DNA from: Vicugna vicugna | Lineage: Eukaryota | Direction: 5' to 3' | Assembly: GCA_013265495.1 (NCBI GenBank) | Contig: MU058844.1 | Span: 1,742,941-1,806,940 of the forward strand | Length of the DNA: 64,000 bases | In this document: one piece after another, positions 1-12,149 of the stretch | Position numbering within the stretch: the first letter of the stretch is position 1 | How the letters are laid out: each line of letters opens with the position of its first letter | Program-made: the position numbers and the translations under genes | Notes under the pieces: generated by a model | The model's database searches: none | What the model saw: the letters and a program-made list of their open reading frames with translations, nothing else | Told to the model about the DNA's origin: nothing

Positions 1-481
1 CAAATTATTTGACCATGCAAGGTGTCCTTACAACTTTTTTACATTGTAGACACTTTGACATGCTGCTATATATCTAAATAGAGATTCCCATCATGAGTCA
101 CAACAAAATATTCAATAATAGAGTAACACTAAATATAACAACTAACAAAGTATTGTCTATGGCAAAACCTTACCTCTTATTAAAATGGGTGCTGAATTGG
201 TTATTGGCAATTCATAGTCCAGTTTCTGTTATGTTAGGCCAGATTGACAAAATTGGGACATTTCCATTTTTCTGTAAATACCCTCTGACACCATATCATG
301 CATGCATTCTTGTAAACAGAACGGACATGCTCAATTGTTGGGATTATTTTGCAGTTTGTCTTTTATTTCTGCCTTTAAGACATCTACACACACAGCCACA
401 TACTCCTTTTCTGGGGCAGCATTAGCCAAGGCTTCCTCACTCTAATTCCCTGTGCTAAACACAGCAAGGTAGATATCACAG

Positions 482-813
482 CAGGGTTAGACAAACATTT
501 TCTATAAAGAGCTACATATTAAATATCTTGGGCTGCGTGGGCCAAGTGGTCCCTGTTGTAACTTTGTGCCTGGTCAGGAGAAAGCAGCATAGAAAGCAGA
601 ACATATGTGAACAAACGAGTAGGCTATGTTCCAATAAAGCTTTATTTACGGATCATGAAATTTACATTTCATACTATGTTCACATATCATGAAACATTAT
701 TCTTCCTTTGATTTTAACACCTAAAAATATTTTCTAAAAAATTAGCTTTCAAGTCAAGCCAAAACAAGTGGCAAGGCAGATTTGACTCACAGGTCCTAGT
801 TAGCTGATCCCTG
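482..813 (+). mobile_element. MER58B-like hAT-Charlie DNA transposon
   Basis: CAGGG...CCCTG termini; internal 'gttccaataaagctttatttac' plus the MER58B-type 'gaaatttacatttcata...tattcttcctttgatttt' segment. Confidence 0.8.
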
Positions 814-940
814 TAATACACAGACTAGGAAACTGGGCTCAGACAGGTCACAAAACTTTCCCCAAGTGACACTACCAGTGAGTGGGGGAGTCCAGACTCA
901 AAAGTGGGGGTCTCTGATTCTTAACTCATGTGGTGTTTTG
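814..940 (-). mobile_element. MIR SINE fragment
   Basis: 'aggaaactgggctcagacaggtca...cccaagtgacac' resembles reverse MIR core. Confidence 0.65.
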
Positions 941-2889
941 CGTCTTGGACAGTGACCTTAACTCTTATCTTAAATTTTAAAACTCTGGTTTAAATAAACT
1001 GGAAATTCAGATCAGTTTTGTTTACCCTGGAAACCTGACCACTGCTTACAACATTATATATATATGGCAAATATATTTCTATTTCTAAATCACATCATTA
1101 CTTTGGAATTTTTTTCCTGTCCTGGGACTACCTATAGATACATATACACTTACATATGAAGATAATTGTTCCTTTCTTCTACAAGCATTTAAACAATAGT
1201 ATTATCATTTAATCTATGATGACTAATTTGCACGAATGTGTAAACAGATGCATTTTTCAGTTAAAATTCAGTTTCCCTTGTGATCTCTCCACAGTGCCAA
1301 AAATTGCAGCACCCCCACCCTCCGTCTCCCCACTTCCCACCCGGCTGGAGACAGAAAGAGGTTGGCTCGCCAGCCAAACAGGAGACCAGATTTCTCCTGG
1401 GTGATTTGGGATGATCATAATATTTGCACAAAGCTCTGCTCTGCCTCATGTTAGTATAACTATAACTATACAGTTGACTGAGCATCTGGGACAGTGCAGG
1501 ATACAGAAAGATTTTCCCAGCCCTGGAAAAAAAAAAACAAAACAAGGAATGTGTCTGTATGAATGCTTATGTTTATGCCTCCTCTCCTCCATGTTTTCAC
1601 CCCTCGAATCTTTCCTCTCTGAGGGAGATCTGGATCCAGTCTGTTTGTTGAGAGTCTACTCATTATCTTGAGCTCTAAAACTCTAACCTTTTATATTTTA
1701 ATTCAAAAGGGAGCATTGTTCCAAATCATCCATTATTTTCAACAAGGGCAAAATAATACAGGCTGTCAAGGGCCCCCAAATACAGATAATTTATTGCTCA
1801 GAAATGCCAGGCTGAATGTGTTCTTCGGGAAAGCATTCTTCAAAACCAAGTATCAGGCACCACTGTGTAGGAATCAGACTGTAAATGATTAAAAACACGA
1901 TGGATCACTGGTCAGTCATTTGGTCTGTCTAGAATCATTACTCTTGGAAGAGAAGTTAAGAAGCTAGGAAAGGAAACCCTTTGAGGTCTGTTCCCTATAA
2001 AGAAAGAGGATTAGAAAGAAAGCCATTTCTCCTCCCCCAACATCATAGACAGTGTATGTGTACACACACAGACACAGACAAACACACACACAGCCAGAGA
2101 TTGCTCAAATAGCCCAGGGCTAAAGGTTAAGAATTATAAGGAAAGATTTTAAAATGCAAGTTGGGGCAATGATTTAAAACAGACAGGGATGAAGTCAAAG
2201 TAAAGGGCATTATTTAATCCCATAAATGTGCCAGCCTATGGTGTACTTCAAGTATAGGTAAAAGGCATTTGTTTGTTCACTGTTGTGGCTAAGAGCCTAG
2301 GAAAATAAATTTATTCAGGCACGCCAGACTGTCTGCAAAGACTTTCATTTCGCCTTTTATGGGAATTTTGAACAAAGAAGACTATCTTTGCTTCTGTCAG
2401 GAAAGCAGTTTCAATCAGACTGCTGAATAAAAAACACAGCTGCCAAAAATGATCCATGGCAGGGTGAACGGGAGATGACCAACTGCCCATTATTCTATTA
2501 AGATGTGTCATTAACGATGGCCTGGGCTAATAGAGCAGGGCAATGCAACATGCTAAATTGCTTCTCAATTTTAAAATATCAATTCCATGAAGTATTACAT
2601 AGGATAAAATGCAGACCCTCAGCATCACAAAACAGAGGCTGTGTAGGGAGACAAAGGTTTGGTTTTGCAGCCATCAAAGATTGCTTCATGCAATTTACGT
2701 ATTTGGTAAGCCTGTGGTTATGTCTGTTTCCTGAGAACTGTGTTTGATAAGTGATTGTTCTGTGACATTCACATCTTTTAACTGAATTTAGGAAGGCTAA
2801 CATTTCACTCGAAGGAAGCAGCATATATGACACTTTTAATTTTCTAAAATAGTTCTGAAATTTAGGAAGCTCCAGGAAGATGAAACAGC

Positions 2890-3020
2890 ATCTGCTTTAT
2901 CCCCTCGTTTTACAAATGAAAACACTTAGGATGGAAGAATTTGAAATTCTCTCAAACCACATGTCTGGAAGTGGCAAAGCAGAAGCCAGAATCTTTAACT
3001 CCAAATCTGTACTCTTTCTG
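2890..3020 (-). mobile_element. MIR SINE fragment
   Basis: 'atcccctcgttttacaaatgaaaacact' reverse MIR core. Confidence 0.6.
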
Positions 3021-3319
3021 CTCAAATTCTCTGTGGAGAAATATCAAGTTTGTGGCTCTTGAATAATGTCTCCAGAAAGGGAAACTGGATAGTTTGATGA
3101 TTGTAAATAACAAAGGAACAAAACAACAGCAACCAAAAGATCACCAGCAGAGAGAAGCATACATACCCTTATTGCTAATCCTTCCTGCTACCAGTAAATC
3201 CTATCGAAGTTGTTCTTGGTGTATTCAAATCTCATTGACCCTAACCTCCTCTTTCTAGTTTGCCATGCCTCCTTCTGTTACATGGCATGTTGCTGTATCA
3301 CTTCATTTTATATATGTAC

Positions 3320-4569
3320 ACATTTTATTTTAAGTGATTTTAGCTTTATGTAAGAGTTATAAAGTTAGTAAAGAGAATTTCCCTTAATCTTTTTACCCAG
3401 CTTCCCCTAATATTGACATCTTACATAATTACGATGCTGTTGTGAAAACTAAGAGGCCCACACTGATGCACTGAATACAGTTAACTAAACCACAGACTTT
3501 ATTCCTATGTCCCTAGTGTTTCCATGAATGTTCTTTTTCTGTTCTAGAATCCAACTCAGGATACTAAATTGCATTTAGCCACTGTCTCCTTAGTTTCCTC
3601 TGATCTGTGACTATCTCTCAGTCTTTCATGGCCTTGACAGTTTTAAAGGTCAGGTATTTTGTAGAATGTGGCTCAATTTGGGTCTGTTTGATGTTTTCTC
3701 ACTATTAGACTGAGGTAATGGATATGGCGAAACAGTACCACAGAGGTAATGCACCCTTTTCATGATATCAGTATGCCTTATTATTACTGGTGATGTTAAC
3801 TGTAATTTCTTGGTTAAGGTGCTTTCTAGAAGGTTTTTCTACTGTAAAGTTTTTTTTTTAATCCCTTTTCAAATTATATTCTTAAAACTGAGTTACTCAG
3901 TCTGGCTCTACTTAAATGGGAGGGAAATTAAGCTCTACCCACTGAAGGGAAGAGTTTCAAAAATTTTGTGAATGTAAGTTAATATCACAGTAATTACTAA
4001 ACATTTGGAGTGAATACTATGAGGCTATACAAATATCCTGTTTCTCTTCAAAGGTTTGTCCTTTAGCAGTCATCAGTGGATCTTGCTGTTTAATAATAGC
4101 AATTTCCTATTCCTCTCATTCTCTTCATATTTATTTATTGGAATTATTCTGTTAGGAAGATCTCTCCCTTCTTTGTCATTTAGTTACTTATTCATCATTT
4201 ATTTATATCAACATGGGCTCATGGATTTTTATTTTATGTTTTGGATTATAATCTTATAATATCATTATTTACTTTTTTTCCAGCTTTGGCTACTGGAAGC
4301 TCTTTCTGGTTGAAGCCAATGTCCTTTTGGCATGATCTCCCCACCTCTACCTGTCTCTTTCTTCACACTTTCTTACTTTCTGGTATCACAAAATATTCCA
4401 GGCTTATCCTGAATTTTCCCTGTCCCAGCCATAGAATTACTTTTTTTCCTCCAAGGAGCCCTGGTTTATTTTTGTTGGAGAATGATATTTAGAAATCAAG
4501 ACTTGAGCACTAGTTGTGCTTGTTGGTTCTGAGGTGTCACTGCTTCTAGGCCCTCCCTGCAGACAGAGC
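3320..4569 (-). mobile_element. Old L1 (L1MC/MD-like) 3' region
   Basis: 'cccagcttcccctaatattgacatcttacataa', 'ccaaggagccctggtttatttttgttggagaatgatatttagaaatcaaga' typical of reverse L1MC/MD 3' UTR. Confidence 0.75.
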
Positions 4570-5083
4570 CAAACCCCCAACTCCACGGAACAGAAGCTCC
4601 TACATTTGGGACCTTGCTAGACCTCGCTGTAAGTATCAACTCATTTGGTTCATCTGTATTCTTTATCACATCATTTAATAAACTGGTAAACAAAAGTGTT
4701 TCCTGGGTTGTGTGAGCCATTCTAGCAAATCAATCAAATCTGAGGAGAGGGTCATGGGAACCTCCAATGTGTAGCCAGTTGGTCAGAAGCACAGGTAAAC
4801 TTGGGCTTGTGAGGTGTATATGGGAGTTGGGGGGGGGGTTGGTCTTGTAGGATCGAACACTTAACTTGTGGGATCTGACATTATCTCCAAGTAGATAGTG
4901 TCAGAATTGAGTTAAATTTCAGGATGCCCAACTGGTAACACAGAGAATTGCTTGTTGCAGGGAAAAACCTCCACATGTTTGGTAACCAGAAGTGTTGGAA
5001 GTTAAGGGTTCTGTATGAGTGGCAAAAAAGACTCATAAGGAAGAAAGTCATAGTAAGAAAGAACTGGGTTTTCTCCATACTCA
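4570..5083 (+). mobile_element. MER21-family ERVL LTR, 3' half only
   Basis: 'aataaactggtaaac...gtgagccattctagcaaat', 'gtagatagtgtcagaattgagttaaat' match MER21. Confidence 0.75.
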
Positions 5084-7039
5084 GGAAGGCGGAAAACTGA
5101 GTTTTTCTGTTTTAGGGTAGAAGATCATAAGTTCAATTCTGGTTATGTCAGGTTGTCTATATGTTTTGAATGTTTAAATAAGATTTACCTGATGTAAGAT
5201 GAAATGAGGCTGGAGAAAATCTGAGGCTCTAGAAACCTGAGACATCTTCTAAGACTGAGCATAGCACAGAGTATCAGAGCCTTGATCTAGTCTCAGGGAG
5301 GCAAAGGTATGACATGGGAAGGCTGGGATTCCCGGAAAAATAGCAATGTCAAGATAAGGGAATATTTCCAAAATATTCACTAGCATTTGAAAAATACACA
5401 TCGGATTCTCTAACTCTAAATTTATTTATATCTTAAAAATGTAATTTTATCTTCCCTCATTACTGCAATTTCAAAGAATACTTCTTTTATTTCTCTTGAC
5501 AGCAAAATTTGGTAATTTCACATTCATCCTAAACCTACTTTGTTTTGATAAGCATTTGTCTTTTCAGACTATAAAGGTATACGTTTTATAATCTTTTTTC
5601 CTATGATCAGCCTCACTGAAAGAATTTCTAAAATAAATTTCTTTTCTCAGAAGGTCAGATAAATAGCTATTTAAAGGCTCAGGTACAAAGCAAGATAGAC
5701 CCTCGTGTACACACTGACAATGATTTGAAAAAAGGAGAAAGTCTTAATGGGGAGAAGGAATGAGTTTTTCAGCGACTGCTTCTTGAAGGTGAAGAACGTC
5801 CAACTTTGCTTTCAAAGAAGTGACAGCTAACAAAGAAAGGTCCAGGAACAGAATAAGGCCCATTTATAAGATTGCTTTGCCTGAGTGCATGAGAAAAGTT
5901 TGTATGTGTGTTTTTTGAAGGCAATTATAGTCTTTCTCTTTCATTTTCTTTTGTTTTCTATTTCCAAAAAGCACAGTATTTCAAAGCGCCTCAGTCTGCT
6001 TAACTCTCATGTGGTTTAAAAATCTAACCTAGACATATGTTGTTAATAGTTTTGTATGTCAGGAGCCTGGAGGGTAGAAACAATTTTAAACTTAACTTTT
6101 TAATTTTGGCTTCCTGACAATGCCTTTTTTTCTCAACCTGAAGAATTTTGCAACAGCGTAAGTTATGAATCTTTCCAGATTTAAACCAGTAACTCGGGTG
6201 ACATGAAGCAAATGATTGATTACAAACAAGATGACGGGAAACAGGAAAGTATCCCCATTCAGTGACACAAATTCTTATCTTCATCATAATATTGAAAAGG
6301 CTGGTTATTATGAGATAATAAAGTAAATAAATAATTTAAAGACAGTACCAAAAATAAAATGCAGTAAGTCTATTACAGTTATAATATCCTTCCTACCCCC
6401 ACAAAAAAACAGAACCTAAGTTTTTGAGGACAGGCAACATGTCATCCCCAACAGAGAGGTAGATGCATGAGGATGGTAGCCTAGTAAACACATTTAAATT
6501 GAATCATTATGACTCACTTTTTTTTTCAATTTTAAAAATTATTTTTTAATATCATTTTGCAGTGTGAAAAAAGATCAACTATATTTCTCTCATTTGGGAG
6601 TATTTTCAGATGACTGTTAAAAGGATTTTTTTTTTCTTTTCTATTCAACTGCTGGAGAGTAACTAGAAACAAATCTGTTGCTTGGAATAAATGTTCAGTC
6701 CATATGTTATCTTTCATAGTAACTGATGGAAGTGTGAAGTCCCCCTCAGCAAATTCAGCTTGAGGTCTTGCTGTCCCCTCCCCCACCCCACCATACGTAA
6801 CACATGCTGAGAGTGGGGAGAAAAGTTCCTTCATCATTTGACTTTGTTGCTTGCATTTTTCCTTGAGTAACACAAATTTTTTAAAGAGAATCAGTGTTAC
6901 TAATATGAAGAGTGGACAAATAAACCAAGCTATTCTGAAAGGCACTTTTGAGAACTGATGGGCAATGGAAAAAAAAGAAAAAAAGAAAAATGAACATTAA
7001 GCATATGCTCCAAATCTCTGCACAGGGGGAGACAGAAGA

Positions 7040-7255
7040 ATCATCAAGGACATCAGAAACGGAGAGATCTGGGTTTGTTCCCAGCACCTCCATCTATCTA
7101 GCAGATCTGGGCAAGTTTCTTAATCTGAATCTAAATTTTCCCATCTGGAGAATGGTGGTATGTAATACCTACCTTACAGTGTTGATGGAAGAATTTACAG
7201 AGATAATCCAAGAAAAGTGACTGGAACATCACAGATGTTTAATAAATATTGGTTT
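7040..7255 (+). mobile_element. MIR SINE
   Basis: 'ctgggtttgttcccagc...ctgggcaagtttcttaatct...ttttcccatctggagaatgg...aataaatattgg'. Confidence 0.75.
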
Positions 7256-8429
7256 CCTTCTTCTGTTCCCTCCACCTCACTGACATTCTTGTTAACAATA
7301 ATGAAACATTTTGTTTGTGTTTCAATGATTTGTAGGCATTCAGCCAAGATCATGAGTGTGATCAATACATGTTTTATGGCAAAAGATTTACTAGAATTTT
7401 TTCTTTCATACTAGAAAGTCAATCTAAGTTGACTTCTCTTGGCAAAACTTTTGGTGTAGCTGGAAGAATTGGGAGTTTGAATACAGACTGATACTTTGGG
7501 TGGGAGAATTTAACCCCAGGCTAAATGTTTCATGCTGGAAAAATAGTCTTTGATGTTTGAATGAGTCTGAGTGTTGCTAAGAGCCAAATGTGTTGGGTAG
7601 GACCCCTTGTGAATTGAAACATCAAAAAAGATTTGCATTAATTCCCTGCAAGCCAAATATATAGAGTTTCATGCAGCCCTAATTGAAATGTAATGACTAT
7701 TTACAGATTTGACTGCACTATCACTATGGAGTAATTGCTTTTCCACACAAAGCAAGTAGTAGAGGAAGTAAATGTGCCTAGAAGGGTTTGGAAGTTCAAT
7801 AAAATGTTTCTAAAACTACTGTTTTGAATGGTGTCTTTCCTGTCTCAAAGTTGAGTCAGAGCTTGACTCCTAGAGAGTCAAGTTACTGCTGGCTGTGGGT
7901 GTCAGAAGAGACTTCATTACTCCGGCTTGGGTTCATTAAAACATGAAACTGCATTATCGTAAAAAGCTGCATTCAAAAAGTTATTTATTGTTGTTTTTTC
8001 ATATGTTCTGCATAGTACTGGGCTCAACAAATCAGAGACATCCTGGCTTTTTATGACATTAAGTATGTTGGCATCTCTACAGAGGGCAGAAAGAAAGAAT
8101 GCAAGGAAAAATGGCAAACTTGAAAGTTCCTAATGAATCCCACTGCAATTCGTTCATTGTGAAAATGCTCAAGAATCATTTATAATGGAATAACGACCAG
8201 CCTGGCTCAGTGCAACTGAAAATATAGTTAAAAAAAAAAAAAGAAGAATAAAACAGTATTTGGGAAATGATTTACTCAAAACAATAAGTAAAAAAAGTAG
8301 TTTTCTCCATCCCTGATCCCAAAGGCTTTAGAATATCTTTATAAATGGCAAAATAATCAGAGAAAAGGGGAGAGTTCTGCCTTTTGAGAATGTTAGAAAA
8401 ATAATACTCCATTAGAGAAGGAATCTAGC

Positions 8430-8600
8430 TTTTTTGAGAGCTTCTATAACAATCTCATGAGGCCTGTATTATTTTCCCCATTTTAAAGATAAGGAATATA
8501 AGGTTCTGGGAAGTTAATTATTTTCCACATAGAGAAAAAGTTCCAAAATACAAACTCAAATCCAATTCATGCTTTTTCCAAAGCCAGTGCTTTCTCCAGA
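8430..8600 (-). mobile_element. MIR SINE fragment
   Basis: 'attattttccccattttaaagataaggaa' reverse core. Confidence 0.6.
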
Positions 8601-8919
8601 ATAACAAGTAGCCAATTTCAAAATTTTAAAAAACTCCATCATAGTTAAATCTAGTATTAAGATCTGATGTGACGTTTAATTATTTTCATGCATTATATGA
8701 TTATATGCTACTACTCAGAAAGTTAAAAAATGAAAGAATTGATTGAAATACAGTTGCTAGACCTCAGGTTCTTACTCTAAAAGATGGGAGATATAATATA
8801 AATTTTCTCAGAGGTAATGTGAAGGATAAATTAAAAACAATAGCTACAGGGCAGTTCAGAAATATTAGCACCTTTTATGATGAAAACTTTGTGGTAACTG
8901 AAACCATCTTGTCCCATCA

Positions 8920-9110
8920 CCTAATTGTGAGCAGACCTGAGCTGGAATGCCAGTACCACTTGTGCAATAATGGGCAAGAGCACTGACTTTTCTAAAACCT
9001 CAGTTTCTACGTTGGTAAGTTGGAATCATAACAGTACATATCTCACATAATGAGAAAATGCATGTAAAGGGTGTAGTGTAACAGCACACAGTAAGGGTCT
9101 ATTAATTAAT
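8920..9110 (+). mobile_element. MIR SINE
   Basis: 'cctcagtttctacgttggtaagttgga...atgcatgtaaagggtgtag'. Confidence 0.6.
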
Positions 9111-9520
9111 TTTTTTATTTATGTATCAATCACAGGAATATTGACATCTAACAACTCAGAGTACATTACGCTTTTCCCAAATTGAAAAAATCTGCTAAAT
9201 TTTTTAGTTCTTTCCTGACACATCCCACATCAATACTTTAAGAACTTCTTTTCTGCAAGGTGTAAATATAGGCAAGGTACTTTTCCAATGACCTTAAGAG
9301 ATTACAGTGTTACAATATACTCTGTGTGGGATGGTAACTTTTCTAGAATGATGACATTTTTCACAAAAAGTAAAAAAGAAAACTTACTGAAGAATTTACA
9401 TGTTAATTTTATCATCATATTTAAGGTTTTTAGATTGCCTCACTTAACATGAATTAAATGCTGTATGTGTTCAAATTGTACCTGCCAACACATCTAATAA
9501 ATAGAAAATACTAGGGCAGC

Positions 9521-10000
9521 TGTGTTGTAATTAGTAAACTAATGCCCATCCCCTAAGATGTCCATATCCTAATCCCCCAAAACTGTCAATTTGTTACCTT
9601 ACATGTCACTTTACTGATGTGATTAAGTTAAGGATCTTGAGATGGTAAGATTATCCTGGATTATCTGGGTGGGTGTAATATAATCACAAGAACTGTTCTA
9701 AGAGTGAAGTAGAAGGATCAGAGTCAGAAAGATGGGATTAGGGCAGAAGAGTCAGAAGGGTGACATTGCTGGAAAGGACCTTGAGCTAAAAAATGGAGGT
9801 AGTTTCTAGAAACTGGAAAAGACAAGGAACAGATTCTTCTCCAGAGTCTCCACAATTAACACAGACCTCCCAACACCTTGCTTTTAGTCCTGTACGATCC
9901 ATTTTTGGACTTCTGACCTCCAGAAATGTAAGATAATAAACTTGTTTTAATTCACTACATTTCTGGTAACTTGTTATAGCAGCAACAGGAAACTAAAACA
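9521..10000 (+). mobile_element. MLT1D-like ERVL-MaLR solo LTR
   Basis: 'gtgattaagttaaggatcttgagatgg...gattatcctggattatctgggtggg'; 3' end 'ttgttatagcagcaacaggaaactaaaaca'. Confidence 0.85.
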
Positions 10001-10090
10001 GGTATCTTTTTCATACTTAGCACCTATTATATTAGAGAACTGGAAAGTTATTATCAAGAAAAAGAGTTTTGTCAAAAATATATTTTGTAT

Positions 10091-10304
10091 TGGGAGTTTG
10101 AGATTTATAGATACTAACTACTGTATATAAAATAGATAAACAACAAGTTCATACTGTAGAGTACAGGGAACTATACTAAATATCTTGTAGTAACCTATAA
10201 TGAAAAAGGCTATAAAAGCAAATCTATGTATGTATATGTATGACTGAAACACAATGGTGTACACCAGAAATTGACACATTGTAGACTGACTATTCTTCAA
10301 TAAA
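10091..10304 (+). mobile_element. Cetartiodactyl/camelid L1 extreme 3' end
   Basis: 'gggagtttgagattta...tacagggaactata...tgtacaccagaaattgacacattgta'; paralogous to 63155-63360. Confidence 0.85.
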
Positions 10305-10320
10305 ATGTTTTTTCAAATTT

Positions 10321-10333
10321 CTCTCTCTGTATA

Positions 10334-10375
<42 letters not shown>
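10321..10375. repeat. Compound (CT)n(GT)n(AT)n microsatellite
   Basis: direct read. Confidence 0.95.
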
Positions 10376-11397
10376 CTTGTAAAGAGGTATATGCCATAAT
10401 AAATTGCTTTGCATGTTATTTCACTTTAAAGAACTGTGTATGAAATGGAGGATAAAATTATGTTAGAAAAAATGAAATGGGAATATAGATGATAGCATTA
10501 GTGAAACTTTAAATAAAAAATTTCTCTTTTTATCTTCATAAAAACAGTTATTGTAGGTTGTTCAAGAACCTTGACCACAATCTAAATATACTTGAGCAGC
10601 TGAATGCATATATTTTTAAAGGAAAGCCTTTTCCTATACAATTTTCTACAGATTTGGAGTTCTGCTACCCTATGATACATTTTGTTTGTCAGCCTTCATT
10701 CAAACATAAGTTTTCAGTGCATGAAAGCAGACCTGAAAGAATTAGAGGATTGTCCTTATTTTTATTCTTCAGATGGGTCTCTTAGAAAGGTCCATGGAGA
10801 ATTTTAAATTTGATTTTTCTAAAGAAGTGATTAAAAACAAGTAAATGGATTAGTTTTATACTTTCTTTTCTTATTGTAATTATGGTTATAATAAACTTTA
10901 ATGGGCTTAACAAAATGGATTAAAATCAGCAAATCAAATTGGTTTCATAGGTTGGATGAAATGAAACCTAGGAATAAATTTTTTTCCTGTTGTTATTGGT
11001 GGAATGTGCCAGGTCTGTACATTTGACTCCATTGTTCTTGCTACTTTGTCAACTGACCTCATGCTAGTCATTGAAGTTGTTGTTCCTCTATTGTTTCCTC
11101 ATTTAAACCATAAGGAGGATATCAAATTGCTTATAAAAATAGATGTACAGGACAATGCTAAAATATCCCACACATGTAAGCTGCCACATAGACTATATAA
11201 CATGCCCCCAAGAAGCTACTGGAATTAACAGTGAGCTGTCCCTATGTATCCTCAAACCATGTGTTCTTATTGGTCCATTGAAGAAGACTGATGAATGGCC
11301 ACAGCAGGGTTTTCACATTTTTAAATTATAAAACAAATTCTTCAAAATGGTAAATCCTAAAACCAACTCCAACTCTGATTTGCTTATTTGTTTTCAG

Positions 11398-11420
11398 ATA
11401 TATATTGCGGGATAATCCAG
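11398..11420 (+). other. Candidate 23-nt internal microexon of an unidentified host gene
   Basis: ctgat...ttatttgttttcag|ATATATATTGCGGGATAATCCAG|gtaagt; perfect donor; 88-nt AG-free zone upstream. Confidence 0.6.
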
Positions 11421-11449
11421 GTAAGTATGCTTCATAGTCAGAAAATTCA

Positions 11450-11630
11450 GAGTCACAGAATGTTAAAATTGAAATAGATCTTAGATATTATTTAGTCCAA
11501 GCTTCTAAATTTATAACCTGAGACAGAAGCCTAGATGTTCTCAGTCATCCAGTTAGGTAGGAGCAGGACTGAAATTAAAATTCAGTTTTAAGAAGTTATG
11601 AAGTACACCTTTCATGAACCTCACTACTTT
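11450..11630 (-). mobile_element. MIR3/MIR-like fragment
   Basis: 'tcacagaatgttaaaattgaaatagatcttagatattatttagtccaa'. Confidence 0.55.
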
Positions 11631-12149
11631 ATGAGATTTTTCCAGCAAATGTTCTGTCCAAAACATTACCACTCATCCCACTAGTATAAGACTCAATTTT
11701 TGTAGAGTTGTGAAGTTGTTTGTTGCCTATAAGTTCTTTATCGAATGGCAAACACCGCTAGTATGGAATGCTATTATTAACCGCCATTCAGCTCATGTTT
11801 GAGCCACCAAATAGCACCTACTTGGGGGTGTACTACCAGATAGGCTGGGGCTGGACAGTGACCAAAAAGATGGTTATGTTGAGGGAAAAGGCTGGAGAGT
11901 GAGGAAGGTAAGAGAGACCAGCTATGACCCAAAGGATAACCCCGTTGTTATCCTTTCTTCAAACACCACCAACAACTTCCTCTAACTTTTGCTATTAAAT
12001 GATGAGGAATTTGAGGTCAAGAATCAAGCCTTATTTACTTTTTCCTTAGTTACCTTCTTTATATTCTACATATCAGACTTTTAATAAATCCTATTTGTTA
12101 AATGAAATGAATGATTACAGCTCCCCTCTACAAAGTGCAACAGATCATC

